A DNA stretch of 63,106 bases, counting the filler, from Intoshia linei (Eukaryota; Animalia; Orthonectida): the NCBI GenBank assembly GCA_001642005.1. It is 7 parts of 7 records of this genome, joined end to end, with 100 filler letters (N's around TTAATTAATTAA, not from the genome) between each part and the next. Parts side by side here need not be neighbours in the genome. Positions count along the whole stretch, not along the records: positions 38,138 to 44,276 come from LWCA01001705.1; positions 44,377 to 54,923 come from LWCA01001260.1; 5 more parts are not named here. One strand, given 5' to 3'. The position numbers and the translations under genes are program-made. Below are positions 40,466-54,621 of this stretch, piece by piece (positions within the stretch are counted from its first letter, which is position 1; each line of letters begins with the position of its first letter). The notes under the pieces are model-generated. The model was given only the letters and a program-made list of their open reading frames with translations. It was not told where the DNA came from and did not search any database.

Positions 40466-41208
40466 CAGGGGTGCACAACCTTTTCATCAATTCAGCCACA
40501 TTGCTACTTTTCTCAGATACTAAGGCTGCAAAAAATTTAGATGATTGTAGGCTAATCTACAATTTTCAACATATTTCATTGAATCATTTAATTTAATATT
40601 CTTATTCATCCAATCTAAAAAAAAATTTATAAAAAACCAAAATTTTACCAACCCTTAAGGATAAAATCCCTTTTTACCAATACTTTTTTTAAAAACTACC
40701 CTATCTGATTCCAAAAAAAACTAAATTTTACCAACCCTTAATGAAAAAAATTGCTTTACCAATATTTTTATGAAAACTCCCATTTTACTAAATTTTTAGA
40801 TCAATAATTCTTCTGATTCCATAAGAAAAAACCTGATTTTAAAAAAAATTTGACAAAAAATCTCCTTTTACTAATATTTTTTTGAAAAAACAATAATCAT
40901 TAATTTTTCGGTAAATAATTAATAATAATTAAACAACAGAAAAAAGTTCCATTAAAAACCGATTTGTTAATACATTAGAGTGGAAGACATAATAAAAATA
41001 TGTAAATATTAATAATGACATAAAAAAGATATCAATGACTGCCTTGATATGCCCTTCGCTAACATTTGAGAAACTGGGCAAAGTCAAGAATGTAACTTTG
41101 TGAATGACCTTGAATAAAACCTCATTTTAACTTTATTAATTTGAAGTAAAATGATATATTGCATTATAATCAGATGTATTGCCCACGGCCGCACGTTGTG
41201 CACCCCTG
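40466..41208. mobile_element. hAT MITE with internal short repeats
   Basis: TIRs caggggtgcacaac / gttgtgcacccctg; perfect 8-bp TSD atctattc. Confidence 0.92.
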
Positions 41209-41679
41209 ATCTATTCATTTCAAGTTGATAATTCCAACAATATTTCCAAGATTTTATCAAAAGATTACATTTATTAACACCAATTCTAAATAGCCAAACC
41301 TGAATCAGGATAATACAAGAAAGAATTTTCAATGTTAATTTTTACAGAATTGCACCAAAAAAAAAAATTTCAGTTAATTTCCATCAAAAAATAAATAATT
41401 TTTATGGATTATAATATTACTATACCATATATCTGAAATTAAATGTTTCTTTAAATCCAGAATGGTATCTTACATTAAAAGTAAATTTTTTAATTTGAAA
41501 AAGACATTACAAGTTGAAATTTACAACACATTCTCGAAAAAAAAAATGTGGGATGAAGACAGTCTATGTTTGAATAAAAGAAATGACGTGAATATGATTT
41601 GTTGATAGTTCTACCTGAAGCCGTCAATATTATCAAGCTGTTGTTGAAGCTTCCTGTGACATTGATGCGAATTAAACAG

Positions 41680-41909
41680 TATGGTGTCACATTAAATATT
41701 TTTTTTAAGAAATTCAAAAACATACCCAGTAGATTAGATGTAATTTAATAAAAAAATGACAATCCGATGACTATGATGATTATAATGATGAGTCATTAAT
41801 GAGTATTTTTAAAAATTAGTCATCCTCTTATCATTTTTTTTCAAATTACATCTAATCTACTGGGTATGTTTTTGAATTTCTTAAAAAAAATATTTGATGT
41901 GACACCATA
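41680..41909. repeat. Foldback element / long inverted repeat
   Basis: Arms tatggtgtcacattaaatattt...tagatgtaattt and aaattacatcta...aaatatttgatgtgacaccata are near-perfect over ~67 nt and extend imperfectly to ~90 nt; TA at both ends. Confidence 0.9.
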
Positions 41910-42420
41910 TTATACAAGTCTTTCAAGCTTAATCAAGATTCAATCATATTTAGATACATAAATGACCATACAAAACTGTCCAATTTGGCTTTTTGTAACT
42001 CAATAAATTTTAAAAATAAATTCAAATTTTACAATTTATTTTAACCCTTACGAGACTATTCATTTTAACTAAAATTTACATAACATTTTCACTTCATAAA
42101 AACTTAAATTTCACAAAATAAAAGCCAAACTATTTCATAAAATTTCGAAGGATCATTCAAAGTAAACAATTAAAAGTGTCACTAATAAAATACAATACTT
42201 TACGTTCTCTGAGCTATCAAAATTGTTCTAAATGGCTTGAATTTTTGGCTTAATTTTTTTTCCATATAAACTATAATTGATGGTACTATAATAATATGGT
42301 AGCCTTACTTTAAGGGTATACTTTGTTGATATGATACGGAAAATATAAATATAATTCTAAACGTGAAACTCCTAATATAATGTAACATGTGTTTATAATT
42401 ACTGAAACAATGGTGGATAA

Positions 42421-43050
42421 TTAGTGTATTTTCATTTTTTTACAAAATATTTTGGATAATTCAATAGACATTAATTGAATTATTTCGTCATCAGTTCGAT
42501 TGCACCTCCATAAACCTGCAATATGATTAAATCTTTTTGGTCCACTAAATTAAAATACGATTTTAATTTCATGAAATAACCTTAATGGAGATGAAAACCA
42601 AATTTGCTTTGTTGGAATTTGACGGTTTATTACATATGTTCCTTTTTTATTTGGTAAAATAATTGTCAGTACTCCGTTCTAAGAAATTAAATTTTAAACA
42701 GTACAAATGTAAAATATAGCAAATTTATTTTTAAAATATAAAAGTTTTAAAATGGATTAATTGTTGAACAATAAAAATCAAAACTTGTGGACAAGTTAAC
42801 CTTTGTTACTATGAAAATAAATACCACAAACTTTTTCACATACAGTTGATTTGTTATTTAATTCGTCAGTGAACTGCACTGTTTAAATTGGGCACCCTGT
42901 ATCAATTCATTTAAATGTACCGATAAGGATATATCCATGTTTAAATTATTTTCATCTGCAAAATTTTCTAAATTTGTCGAAAAATTTTCTAAAAAATGTT
43001 CAGATATTGTTTCATAGTTTGATAGTAATCGGATTGGTGGAATTCGTGTT
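42421..43050 (-). CDS. FXN: Frataxin; exons 43050-42921, 42678-42581, 42544-42421; ATG exon not found
   Basis: [12 protein letters not shown]...DISLS | NGVLTI...[21 protein letters not shown] | GPKRF...W, matching frataxin GVLTV...[26 protein letters not shown]; includes a 36-nt intron. Not in the ORF track. Confidence 0.95.
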
Positions 43051-43146
43051 CTAGGTTATTATAATTATTTTTTGTCATGTACCATCATGGTATATACTAT
43101 ATAGCCCTTTGGCCCACTTTCTGTATTGGAACAGTTCACCTAGATC

Positions 43147-44130
43147 AGTGGTTCTCAACTTTTTTTCAGCTCATTCCTCCTTGTTATAATTTTTATAATG
43201 TGTCATACAAAATTAATGGTTAATTTAAAATTAAGTTTTCATTTGATCAACTGTTATATCATACTTATGAAATGTCGTTTAGTGAGTTTCTTTAGTTACT
43301 TTATAGTTTTTTAATAGGCTATTTTTCATTTTCGGGTGGTATCGAGTTTATTAGGTTCAACTCTGCATTGGACGATTAGCTTGTGGACCAATGAAAACCT
43401 ATATTAATTTAATTTTATTAGATAAGAGTACATAATCGGCTACTGTGACACTTACTTATCAAATGTAAGTCACATTATGTGACTTACATGTTATATATAT
43501 ATAAAATTACAAATTGTAGGAAATGTTGAATAGTTTCTTCAACATTATATAATTTCAATTTCAAAATAAATTTATTTCGATTAAATTTTTAAAGATACTA
43601 TGATGACCAGGGTTAGTTTTTAATTGTTTTAAAAAATTTAACACTATCCTATTAATCAAATTTACTAACGTAATAAGATAAAAAATTTCACATGATAAAT
43701 AGCATTTATTCTTGCGTCTAGGTCTAATTGATGTTTTATTTATTAGAAAACCCATTTTGTGCGTGGATGCCATTTTTAATTTTAAGTATTTATCACATAT
43801 TCAACGAAGAATAGATGGTTTTATTTAAAAATGTTAGAAACATACACAAAAGGATTTTCTATTTATGATAAATATGTTGGTTACCTTGAAAAAGGATATT
43901 CTCATTGAAAACGTAAAGGCATGCGCAACTGATGGGAAATATAAGGGGTTTACTGTTTTATTAAAGCAAAATATACCACATGCAAAGACTTATTTATTTA
44001 CAAGAATTTATAATTAATTTAAAAAATGATGAGGCTGCAAAATCTGCATATCGTTTCAATAACTGTAACATTTGTGAGTTTTGGCTGTGTTCATATATTC
44101 AAAATATCATAAAATTATACAAGAACATTC
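43147..44130 (+). mobile_element. Decayed hAT (Buster-like) element
   Basis: cagtggttctcaac terminus; remnants ACATDG-KYKGFTVLLK and LQEFIINLKNDEAAK...FW. Confidence 0.65.
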
Positions 44131-44448
44131 GAGTGCAAGGTTCCCATTTATATTTTTATAATAAACAATTAATTGTGTTTCTATTTAATTTTTTCTATAT
44201 TGCGTCAATTCTAAACTCGTGGAGTATATAGAACAGCGTTTCTTAAAATTTTTTAAATTTACCAACCCTAGCCAGANNNNNNNNNNNNNNNNNNNNNNNN
44301 NNNNNNNNNNNNNNNNNNNNTTAATTAATTAANNNNNNNNNNNNNNNNNNNNNNNNNNNNNNNNNNNNNNNNNNNNGAACGTTCCTTCAATATTTTAAAA
44401 ACTATAGATAGTTGCAAGAGAACAAAAATGAGTTTGACAAAATTTGAA

Positions 44449-44565
44449 CTTAAGTATTGTGCAAAAAAAAATTTGGGCTTGAGTATTGTGCAAAAATTTT
44501 TTTGAGCTTGAGTATTGTGTTGTGTATTGAGTAAATTTTTTTAGAGCTTGAGTATTGTGTTATGT
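44449..44565. repeat. Short tandem repeat, ~29-nt unit
   Basis: Four copies of ctt(g/a)agtattgtg with A/T-run spacers. Confidence 0.8.
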
Positions 44566-44719
44566 TGTGCCCATAATTTCCACCTCTACTAATGTAACAT
44601 TACTAATGTTACATTAATTTATAAATTTTTATTGCTCAAAAGCAATGACATAATACACAATGGTATTACGTGTAATTTCTAATAAAAAATTTCAATTCGA
44701 ATTGTGTTTTCTATATCCT

Positions 44720-45212
44720 AATCATCAACATTGCAACCACCAAATACAAAATATGGAAATATCCAATGAAAATATAAAAGAATGGTACAAAGAAGTAAAC
44801 CCAAACTCTCCGTTTCAATTCACTGGTAACTTTGGACTACAAAATAGCAACGATAGAAAACCTGAAAATATATTACCTATTGATATATTTAATCAAATTA
44901 TTGACGACAAAATCATAAATTAATGTTCAACTCAAAACAAAAAAAAACGACCACGGAATGTACACTTTGCAACGAAGCTCTTTGTCTACTTTGCTAAAAT
45001 CTATAGCCTATTTATCATATATAATATTAAATCATTATAATTTTTTGAAGATTATTTAGTTTATTTGATATCATTAATAAATTTGGTTAAAAAAAATCCT
45101 AAAAACCCCCTATAAAGTTTTGCTAAAAAAATAAATTTATAAGAGCATAAATAAAGTTTTACAAGATATTTACTGAGTACCACCGGTGGTTCTCAAACAG
45201 TGAAAGGGTTAA
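44720..45212 (+). mobile_element. piggyBac remnant
   Basis: LPIDIFNQIIDDKII (N-terminal motif) fused to TECTLCNEALCLLC (cysteine-rich C-terminus); end ...gaaaggg-TTAA. Confidence 0.65.
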
Positions 45213-46130
45213 GGAAGTGGTTCCCAACCGTGTGAAGATTATTATTTACATTTTTATTTTGAAATTCTAGGATTATTAATTACAACATTAATTAATAATG
45301 ATACTAAAATTTATGATAAAGCTCAATATTATAAAATCTTTCTAAGAGTGTTTATTTACTTTGACTAGTTGACATAAACGGTAATACACACGTAGTTAAC
45401 ATTCAATTTTATATAAGAAAGGACTCATTACTAATGAGCAATATAATTCACAATTAATATTGTTAACTATTAATCTATTAACATAAATCTGTAAATAGTA
45501 ATAACTATAATGTAGAATTTATTAATTTACATACATATACTTTGTTGCCTACAATTATATTTGTTAGTTTATAAATTTTAATAACATTTTGATCCGTAAA
45601 ATTACGGGCTGACTAAAGGTATGTACGATCAAGATATTTTACGGGCAGTGTAATATCCAGATTCAATCAATTATTATAATCATAAGTTGTTAAGTTATTG
45701 TAGTAAATTTTTATTCCTTATTTTGTTCTTTTTAATAATTAACTAGAGGTTATGTTACATTTTGTTTTTCCTTAAATCAGGTAGATTTGAGTCAAATAAT
45801 ACTTTAAATTTATATTCTATTTTTTTAACTTTAATTATTAACTTGCATTATAAAGTTATTCAATGTAATTAATGTAAATGATTTATATATTAGCAGTCAA
45901 ATTTTCTTTGTAATATTAAATAAATTTTTATCTATTAAAGTAAAATAACATCAAATTAATACACTAATATATAAAAAAATTTACATGTCCGCTTCGAATT
46001 TTCAATATTTTTACATAAGTCGAAGTATGAAAGAACTTACCCTTCGGGTTCGTTCATTCCAACAAACTCGTATGGAAAGTGAAAATTCTGCACTAGACAT
46101 GTAAATAACTAATACTTATTTTATAATTAC

Positions 46131-49100
46131 CTTCATTGTCAGTGTCAATGTGTTTAGAGAAATTAATACCATAATAAAATATTCAAAACCTCTTGATACA
46201 ACTAATGAATATATTTTATAATGAAAGCCTTCTTTGACTTTAGGTGATTGTTTCATTATCGGTTTTGCATATATGGCATAATCTATACATTGTTTCTAAA
46301 GTATAAGTCATTATTAAAAATTATAATCAATAGTTACTGCAAATTATTTTCACTATTTTGTAAATAACAATATGTACTCTTTCAAATATTTTGAGCACTT
46401 ACATTACTTTCAAAAACGTATTTTTTGCAATATAGGTAATTAATATTATTCTTATTTGAAATTTCAACTAGATGCGTCAAATAAATATTCAAAAGCGCGA
46501 ATTAGTTGTAACATATTTCAATAGAAGGTGTACCCAAGTAAAAATTTCTAGAGAGCTCTCTGTATCCAGACGCGCAGTTCAATAAATAATTAAAAAACAT
46601 CAAAAAGAATAACAAAGGAAGAATTCTATAAAATACCTAACGATTATATTAAAAATCTTTATGAGTCTATTCCGAGAAGATTAGATGACATATTTTCAGT
46701 AAATGGCGTAATACCAAGTACTAAAATTATTAGACCTTTTTAAATTTAATTTATTTAATTATGTCGTTTAATCATAAAATTAATCACGGGTGCTCAAAAC
46801 ATATGAACGACTAAAATTATTACAATTTAATAATATCATCATTCTCATATCTAATAATTATCTAACAGTCTTCAAATTTAATTAATAACTTCCGATCATA
46901 TTTACATTCCCTGAAATATAAAATAAATTAAACAAAAACACTTATTAATAAAATAATTAACGATTTTATAAGGTGCTCAAAACATATGGACGCGTCTGAA
47001 GATATTTGATGACTTATTTCTAAGTGAATTTCTTTCTTTTTGTAAATAAAATTTCCAAAATCAAATTGGATTTTCACTATTAAAGGAATATATAAATAAT
47101 AATAAACTACTAAAACAATTGTGTTTTAAATTAATTTTCGATTAATTTTATAATATTGCATCGCTTAAAAACTCAAGGCCATAACTCATATGTAGGTAAT
47201 ACGTAGTTTATGTGTTACGTACACTAAAGTTTTATTTTTTTGATACAATTTTAAAAATAAATAATACACGGGAAATTGTAAAATTTGATTAGTCACTACA
47301 TGTTTACTACTAATTATATTTTTTCTAAATCCGAAATATAAATATACTATTATAATTGTAATATAATGGTTATATTTATTTTTCTATATTATATAATTCG
47401 ATTAACCTGGTTTTTAGTGATGGAATGCTCTTCTAATATATTTTCACCCTCTTCTTGGAACGTAATGATAATTAAAGCAACAAAAATATTGACAAAGAAA
47501 AATGGAAATACAATGAAGTAAACAATATAGAATAGAGCTATTTCCATATGAAACCCTTTTATTGGTCCTTTATCAATATATGTTGCGTCCAGTGAATGTT
47601 GCAGTATTCTATTTAAATCATACATTTATGGTGTGTGTATTTTAAATAAATAAAACTTTATACAATAAGATGTGAACTTGTGATACTTTAGTTTAAATAG
47701 AAAAAGAATATTTTAGGGGGGTTCAAAATCTCAATTAAATATTTATTCTTTCTGAAATGTCAATTGCATTGACGAAAATAAAAAAATAATTATATTTTCC
47801 ATTAATTACTACATAAACTATACATTTACTTTAGTTACCGAATAGGTGGTATCAAAACTAATCAATATCCATTTTAAATTAAGGGCTGTGTAAATCTGAA
47901 TCTGAATTAGATTTATTTTTGCATATTCTTGATCAGTAAACCAAAATAATTTAATTTTAATAAATAAAATTTTCCACCTTTAACAAAATGCATATCCTAC
48001 TACACATATATTTTAAAAAATGGTAAGAGTATATAACAAAATTACAAATTATATAAAATAAGTATATTAAAAGTTACGATGGCCACCCTTCTCCAGTTTG
48101 TACTGTAAATAGTGTTAATAGAGCATTTGGGACATCATCATAATGAAAATTTCTTCTGAGCCAAATACGACTTTTTTTAAAGGACGCGCCAGTTTCATAA
48201 TCAAATATTATATAATTTCCTCTAATTAAATAAGTAAGATTTTAAATTAATTATGTTTTAATTAATATTTATTTGACATAATTATACATACGTAATGTAA
48301 TGTATTATTATAATTATACAGTGGAACTCGTTTAATTGCAAGCACTAATTATCCTGGTTCATTCGAAATTAATACCCTTTAAAATTTAAATAAATTAAAA
48401 TTTGTATATAATTTATACAGGGACTGGTTAATTGTGAAATTGTTTAAATTAAAGTTAAAATAAACTATTTTCTTTGTACATTTTGTCATACAAATGAACT
48501 GACTAATTTAAAATCGATACATATTTGATTCATAGATTGATTGATTTGACATAATGGATACATATTACGTTTCTATAGTATTATAATGTGCTGTCAGTTT
48601 TTGTTTTATCATTTAGCACAGGGCTTCGCAACCTTTTTGTATTTTCATGGTGATATAATATTTTATTGCCCATCTGTAGAATAATCTATTTAAAAAAATC
48701 AAAATTTATAATATATAACAGTTTTTTGTAACCAAAATTTAATGTGAATCTTGACATTGCTCTTTAGACTTTAATAATTTTACATCTGGTTCAATTCTAG
48801 TTAAACAGAATGGAAAATCAAAGTAACAAAAAATTACCAGAAGAAAATAAAACTATAAACTTTACAAAATGATTTATAACAACGTTGAAATTTAAAAATC
48901 ACCCACCAAAGATTTAAAATCGCCCAGAGGTGAGCGATATCGTCCACGTTGGGAAGCCCTGATTTAGTCTATCACGCATAAATTGCCTCTACAATCGTAA
49001 ATTCAATTTTCACGGATTTTTGACTTGTAATTATACGAGTTTCATTTTACTATTATTATTAAATTAATAAAAAAATCAAAAAATAAAATATAATTAATTT

Positions 49101-52100
49101 TTTGTAATGTATATTATAAGTTTTTATCCCTTATGATATTAAATTCTACATTTTATGAAGTATAAATACATATAAATATATCAATATAATACCTGCAATC
49201 TGCTTCCACTAATTTAGCTGAATCAGTACAATAAAAAAATTTGCCTTTTAACAATTGTACAGCAATAACAGAAAATATAAGCAAAAATAGAAGATAAACA
49301 ATCATGATAACAGTTACATTTTTGAGAGAATTTATTACACAATCAAATACAGCCTAAATTATTACATTCATGTATTTATGAATAATACAAGCAATTCATA
49401 TTATATAATATATCAATGGTTTTTTAACTGAGGATAATGTCATTTTTTAGGGATTCGGGAAAATTTCATGAAAAATAAATTAATTCATAGTAAATTTTTT
49501 TTCAATTTTTAAATTAGATTTTTAACTTATTGATTAAAATACATGTGTAATATACATTTTATATGACATTCGTTGTTACATGTACCTATTAATATTTTTC
49601 ATATTATTATGAATTATTGTGTATATTGTACATTGTACATCTTATTAATTTAGTATTAATTAGAGTCTAAATATTATTTATACAACAATTTGTATTCAAA
49701 AAATTAGTTTTGCGTACTTTCCTAAAAATTTAGTCATACTGTAATACAGTACTGTAAGTATACATTTTTGAATATAAATTAACACTTGAAATAATGATTG
49801 GTATCTTGTAATACTAATTATAGTTAGTAGTAATTTGTAATAATTTCTATTTATTGATACAGTAGACGCTGAAAATTGACAACCTCGAACTGGTTACTAC
49901 TTCGTATAGGTCGAATGCCTACCTTTTTTTGATGCGATCGACTAATAAATCGACTAGAAAATGTTTTAGATCGAAATCTATTTCAAAAAAATCGCCTTGC
50001 GGAATTCAATAAGAAATGTTAACCAAATATTTTTAGTGTGATCGTAGAAAACACAAAAATTACAATTCGGAATAATTCAAAGCGCTTTCACTTTATATTT
50101 GAAAATTATCGGCAAAACCTAGTTTAAGAAACAGTGGGCTAATTTATTTATTAGATAACGATTTAAACAAGTTACTTCGCATTTATTGAAATGTGTACAA
50201 ATTTTAACAATATTAAAAATAAATTATATACAATCAATTTACATCAATATTAAAATAGATATTATTTTAATAACGAGTATTATTAAAATAAAAAATTAAT
50301 TCTAATTTTTTAATTTTGGTGATTAACGAGAAAGTCATCTGCGATCGACAGGTTAGCCATATCTGGTATAAGAGATCACTTTTTTAGATGTTATAACAAA
50401 ATTATAGTAATTTTCATTAATTTCACTTCTAAAAAGTGACCACTTAAAATATAAATGAAAACAGAAACTACCGTACTCGAAAACCCCTTATTATTTTAAA
50501 TTTATCATTTAAAAACTTATATTTTTTAATATGTAACTGTTTGTGTGTCAAATTGAAACTGTAAACTCCAAATCTGTAAAGAGATGGCCCATTTTTAATT
50601 TTCAAAAAACCTCGAGTACCTTTAGTTAAAAAAGTGGTCACTATGCTAGAATATAGTTTATATACAGCTAATTAAAGTGCAATACAGTAAAAAGTGTATA
50701 ACCAATTGTATAATAAAATTTAAATATTTATAATTACTTTCAGTTTCGGAACACGGTTTATAGTTTTTAATGGCCTTAGTACACGAAAGACACGTAATGA
50801 TTTTATTGTGTTCAAATTTTTACCTGCAGAATTTTTATCTCTAAAAATAAATTACTTTTAAAAATTAATGCAGATTAGTATTATATATTTTATCTAAATC
50901 TAAGTATTTTATCGCGTATAATATATTATAAATAAAGCGTTTACTAAACATATATACATGACATACATACGTACATATACATACACACGTAAACATACGG
51001 TACATGAAGATAAATATAAATCATATTATTAAGTAATTATTAAATTATAATTTCGTGATAATAACGATCATTAGGGTGTCACAACCATCAAAAAATCAAG
51101 TTCTTTTAGAGTAAGTTTGATTTATTTTTTTAAATATAACTTACGCTAAAATGACACTCATCAAAAATACCAATGGGTGCGCACACCATTTTAGTAATCT
51201 TATAAAAAAATTTTATTGAAAAATTAAATTAAAATTAAATTATATTGTGAAAATATTGGAATAGAATTGACGATTGATGTTATATTAGGAAAAGTTTGTA
51301 TTTATTTATTTTTAGTGATATTTTAGAAATATAAAAATTAATCGGTTAATTTCTAAAAATATTTAACCGGTTATCAATACTAGTTAGTATGCATTTATTC
51401 ATTTAGTTAGCTTTCAATATTTGATATTTGAATTTTTATATTTGAAAAAGTTTTACGAGATTATTAAAATAACGTGCGCCGCTCTGTATGCATTTTTTGG
51501 TATCTATATTCTGAAAATAAACACATTGTACTCTAAACGCACTTTAAATTCCTAAATTTTTCAACAAATGTGACATCCTAACCGGCATGCTTAATACATA
51601 CGTAGAATATAATGTGGCTGTGAGTCTATAAAATAAATTATATGTTTAAACATCTAATAATATACAAAATAAATATCATAATTTTTAATTAAATAATGGT
51701 AAAAGTAGGAATATTTTATCTAATGCACATCAACTGAAACATTTATTTGTAAAAAATAAACGAATTTTTACACTGTAATCATTGATAAAACAACTTTATG
51801 GCATAAATAAAGAATATTGGTTTATTCACAATTATGAAGCTTACCTGGATTAATAATGAACATATGTGTCGCTTCTTAATTCCGATATTTATTAATTATG
51901 AAGATATATAATTAATTATTTGATTGATGTTTTACTTCAACATTCATTTATAATATTTTTTTAAATACTAAAAATTAATTAAAGTCATACATGTATTCCT
52001 AAACATTTAGCGAAAATTATCTATATTTTTGATCTAGTAATTTAATAGTTTCAAAATAGATTCATCATAAATCATTTATTAATCCTAAAATAGGGGTTTT

Positions 52101-54621
52101 AAAACTAAAACAAGAATAACATCTTTGTTACTTAATTAATTTTACCTTTATTTCACTAAATATTTGAAATCTTAATTATATATGTTTATAAAATGCTGAT
52201 TCCTTTAATTATTGATAGATAATTGGTATTTTTAAGTATTTATTAAAATTAAAAACATAAATTGATACTGAATATATATTATCATATTAAAAATGATAAA
52301 ATAGGTTTTATTAATTTTATATTTTCTGGAATTTATGAATATATTTTTGACAATTTTTAGGATTGGACTGTTTTTACTTTATTTTTAATATTATACACAT
52401 ACTGTCTAATAAATTTTAAAAAAAGTGACAATTGTTTTTAAAATTCTTTACGCAAATTTTAACAAAACAAAATTAAGATGGAATAATTCACTTTAAAGTA
52501 AAAAGTAATGTAATATGACGGTTTCACCTGAAACAAGTTTAAGAACCACTCCTTTAAAGGATTGATCATAGTGAATAGTAGGATTTTTAAGTTAGATTTT
52601 CAACGTGAATTTATTTTTTTTATAGAATAAAAATGTGCTCTCAGTAGAGCTAGGTGCTGTTTGTACGTAGTACATAACAGTCAACCTAGTATATTATAAT
52701 ATTTGAGGAGATTCATATTTATGTAAAATTTTTGGAATAAATTTTTTTATATAAATTTGAATGTTAGATTATATACAATGTAAATTAACTTACGTAAATG
52801 ATAATGCAATTATGGCACATATAACAACAATAGCATCAAGAATGTTCCATATATCACGCAGATAGGATTTCGGATGTAAAACAAGCCCTCTATCAATTAT
52901 CTAAATAAACGTATTAAATTTTTTTTATGAATCATAATGTTAAACTATCGTACATAATGAGGATTCGCTGATAATTATTAATAATTATAATTGCATGTTT
53001 ATTATAGCTGAAAATTATAATTTTTTAAAAATATTAATATTAATAAGCGTGGTAATTAGATTTTTCTTAAAGGAGTATGTATATATCTTCATAAATATTT
53101 TTAATCACTTTCAAAAATGTATTTTCTTTTCTAATATCGCATAAAGTATGCAATATTAGATCATGTCAAAATTTTATCGGGTTTTAATGTGTTTTTAAGC
53201 AGATGAAGTTGTTTTATTTCAATATTACCTAGTAGAATATGACCACAAAAAATATTTAAAATGATTTATTCAACCAAATCGGACATTAAAAATTAAATTT
53301 TATCAACTCTTAAAAACAAATTCCTTTTTACAACATTTTTTTGGAATAACCCAATTTAGAAAACCTTAATAGAAAAAATGCAATCATTACGACCCAAACA
53401 AATCCAAAGGTATTGACATGTTACATGTAGTAAAAATGTTAAATAATAAAAAAAATCATGTAATATAATTAAGATGTACAAACTAAATAATTTTAATTAA
53501 TGTTTTTAATTTCAAAATATATACTTATATAAAGTACATATAAGTAATTTAATGTTGTATATAGTTTACTAATTATACATCATCATTTATAATAAAATAG
53601 TGTAATAGTGAAATAAATTTGTTTGTTAAATAAAAAAATACCGGTGTAAAAAAAAATCGCCAAACTATAATATACTATATAATATTTTTAGATAAACTGT
53701 CTTCAGAAAAATTTTTTAGATAAATTGTCCGAATACCATATTGAGTGGTTTAATTTAATTATTCACATAACTCAGAAGTGTTATATTACCTTTAGAATCA
53801 TTTCAATAGTAAATATAATAGTGAAAGCATAATCTATATAATCCAATATATCGTTTCTTAAAGAATCACTATGTACAGGATCTTCTGCGGCCAGAGCTAT
53901 GGAACTTAAACATATCACTATTGTTATAAATACGTCGAAATATTTATAATTAACAATTATGTGAATTAGTTTTCTAAACCTAAGATATATGATTAGTTTT
54001 TATTAAAATGTTGAAAATATAATTTTTTTATTATTTATTATATATATATTGATACTACATTTGTATTTTAAAATTTAGACTCAAATTAGAATATTTAATT
54101 TAAATAAATTAATCTTAAAATTTAGAATCTACTGTCTTTTCTCGATTATAAGCAGACCCCTGAAATACAAATTTTCAGTGAAATTTTTAAATAAATAAAA
54201 TTTGAATATAAGCAGTTTTTGCTTGTATTCGAAAGAAAAAACTTTAAACAAAAAATAGACATTTTAATTTATTTCTAAAAAATAACTTCCTTCATACAAT
54301 AGAATGTCTAATTTATAAGTTTATACTAATTAGAAATAAACTTTTAGTGTATTTTTTATATTTTTCAAGGTCTGCTTCAAAGTCTGTTTTTGATTATAAG
54401 CATTTTTTCTTCTACTCTCGAATATAAGAAGACTTCTTATAATTGACAAAAGACAGTAGTGTATAATGTTAAGACTCTAAATTTTTGACATATGTTTGAA
54501 AGCCTGATATACTTATTAAAAATATTATAGTACTTATTTTCTGACTTCAAAATAAAAAGAGCTCTATATTGATTTGTTGCTGCTGATTTATTCGAATCTT
54601 GAGATATCATTTGCGGCTTTT
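46131..54621 (-). CDS. Voltage-gated calcium channel alpha-1, Cav2 type, domain III to IV-S1; exons 54621-54534, 53979-53790, 52900-52794, 50840-50738, 49353-49193, 48221-48078, 47608-47407, 46295-46131
   Basis: [26 protein letters not shown]4 [30 protein letters not shown], pore loop [10 protein letters not shown]6 [23 protein letters not shown] (Cav2-type wording); all splice phases compatible. Confidence 0.95.
46375..46998 (+). mobile_element. Tc1-like remnant in Cav2 intron
   Basis: [26 protein letters not shown]-terminal Tc1 motif; inverted ttttgagcac / gtgctcaaaa ends. Confidence 0.7.
48619..48961. mobile_element. hAT MITE nested in a Tigger-like MITE (~48319-49047)
   Basis: TIRs cagggcttcgcaac / gttgggaagccctg; TSD atttagca / atttagtc; outer ends ta-cagtggaactcgt / acgagtttcattt-ta. 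Confidence 0.75.
51072..51580. mobile_element. MITE with TAGGGTGTCACA termini
   Basis: tagggtgtcaca / tgtgacatccta; degenerate 8-bp flanks acgatcat / accggcat. Confidence 0.6.
52520..52689 (+). mobile_element. Helitron-like 3' end
   Basis: gctgtttgtac-gta-gtacataacagt hairpin then CTAG|T; the same block occurs at 58345-58398 and partly, inverted, at ~60170-60300. Confidence 0.7.
54132..54456. mobile_element. Tc1/mariner-type MITE
   Basis: TA-ctgtcttttctcgattataag / cttataattgacaaaagacag-TA. Confidence 0.8.

Noticed and set aside
44449-44565. Repeats with short variable spacers resembling a CRISPR array
   Set aside because: Eukaryotic context, spacers are similar A/T runs and there are no cas genes; it is a simple subterminal tandem repeat.
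50738-50800. Cav2 IIIS4 reads KTINRVPK rather than vertebrate KTIKRLPK
   Set aside because: Core gating arginines and the domain III pore glutamate are intact; likely ordinary invertebrate variation.
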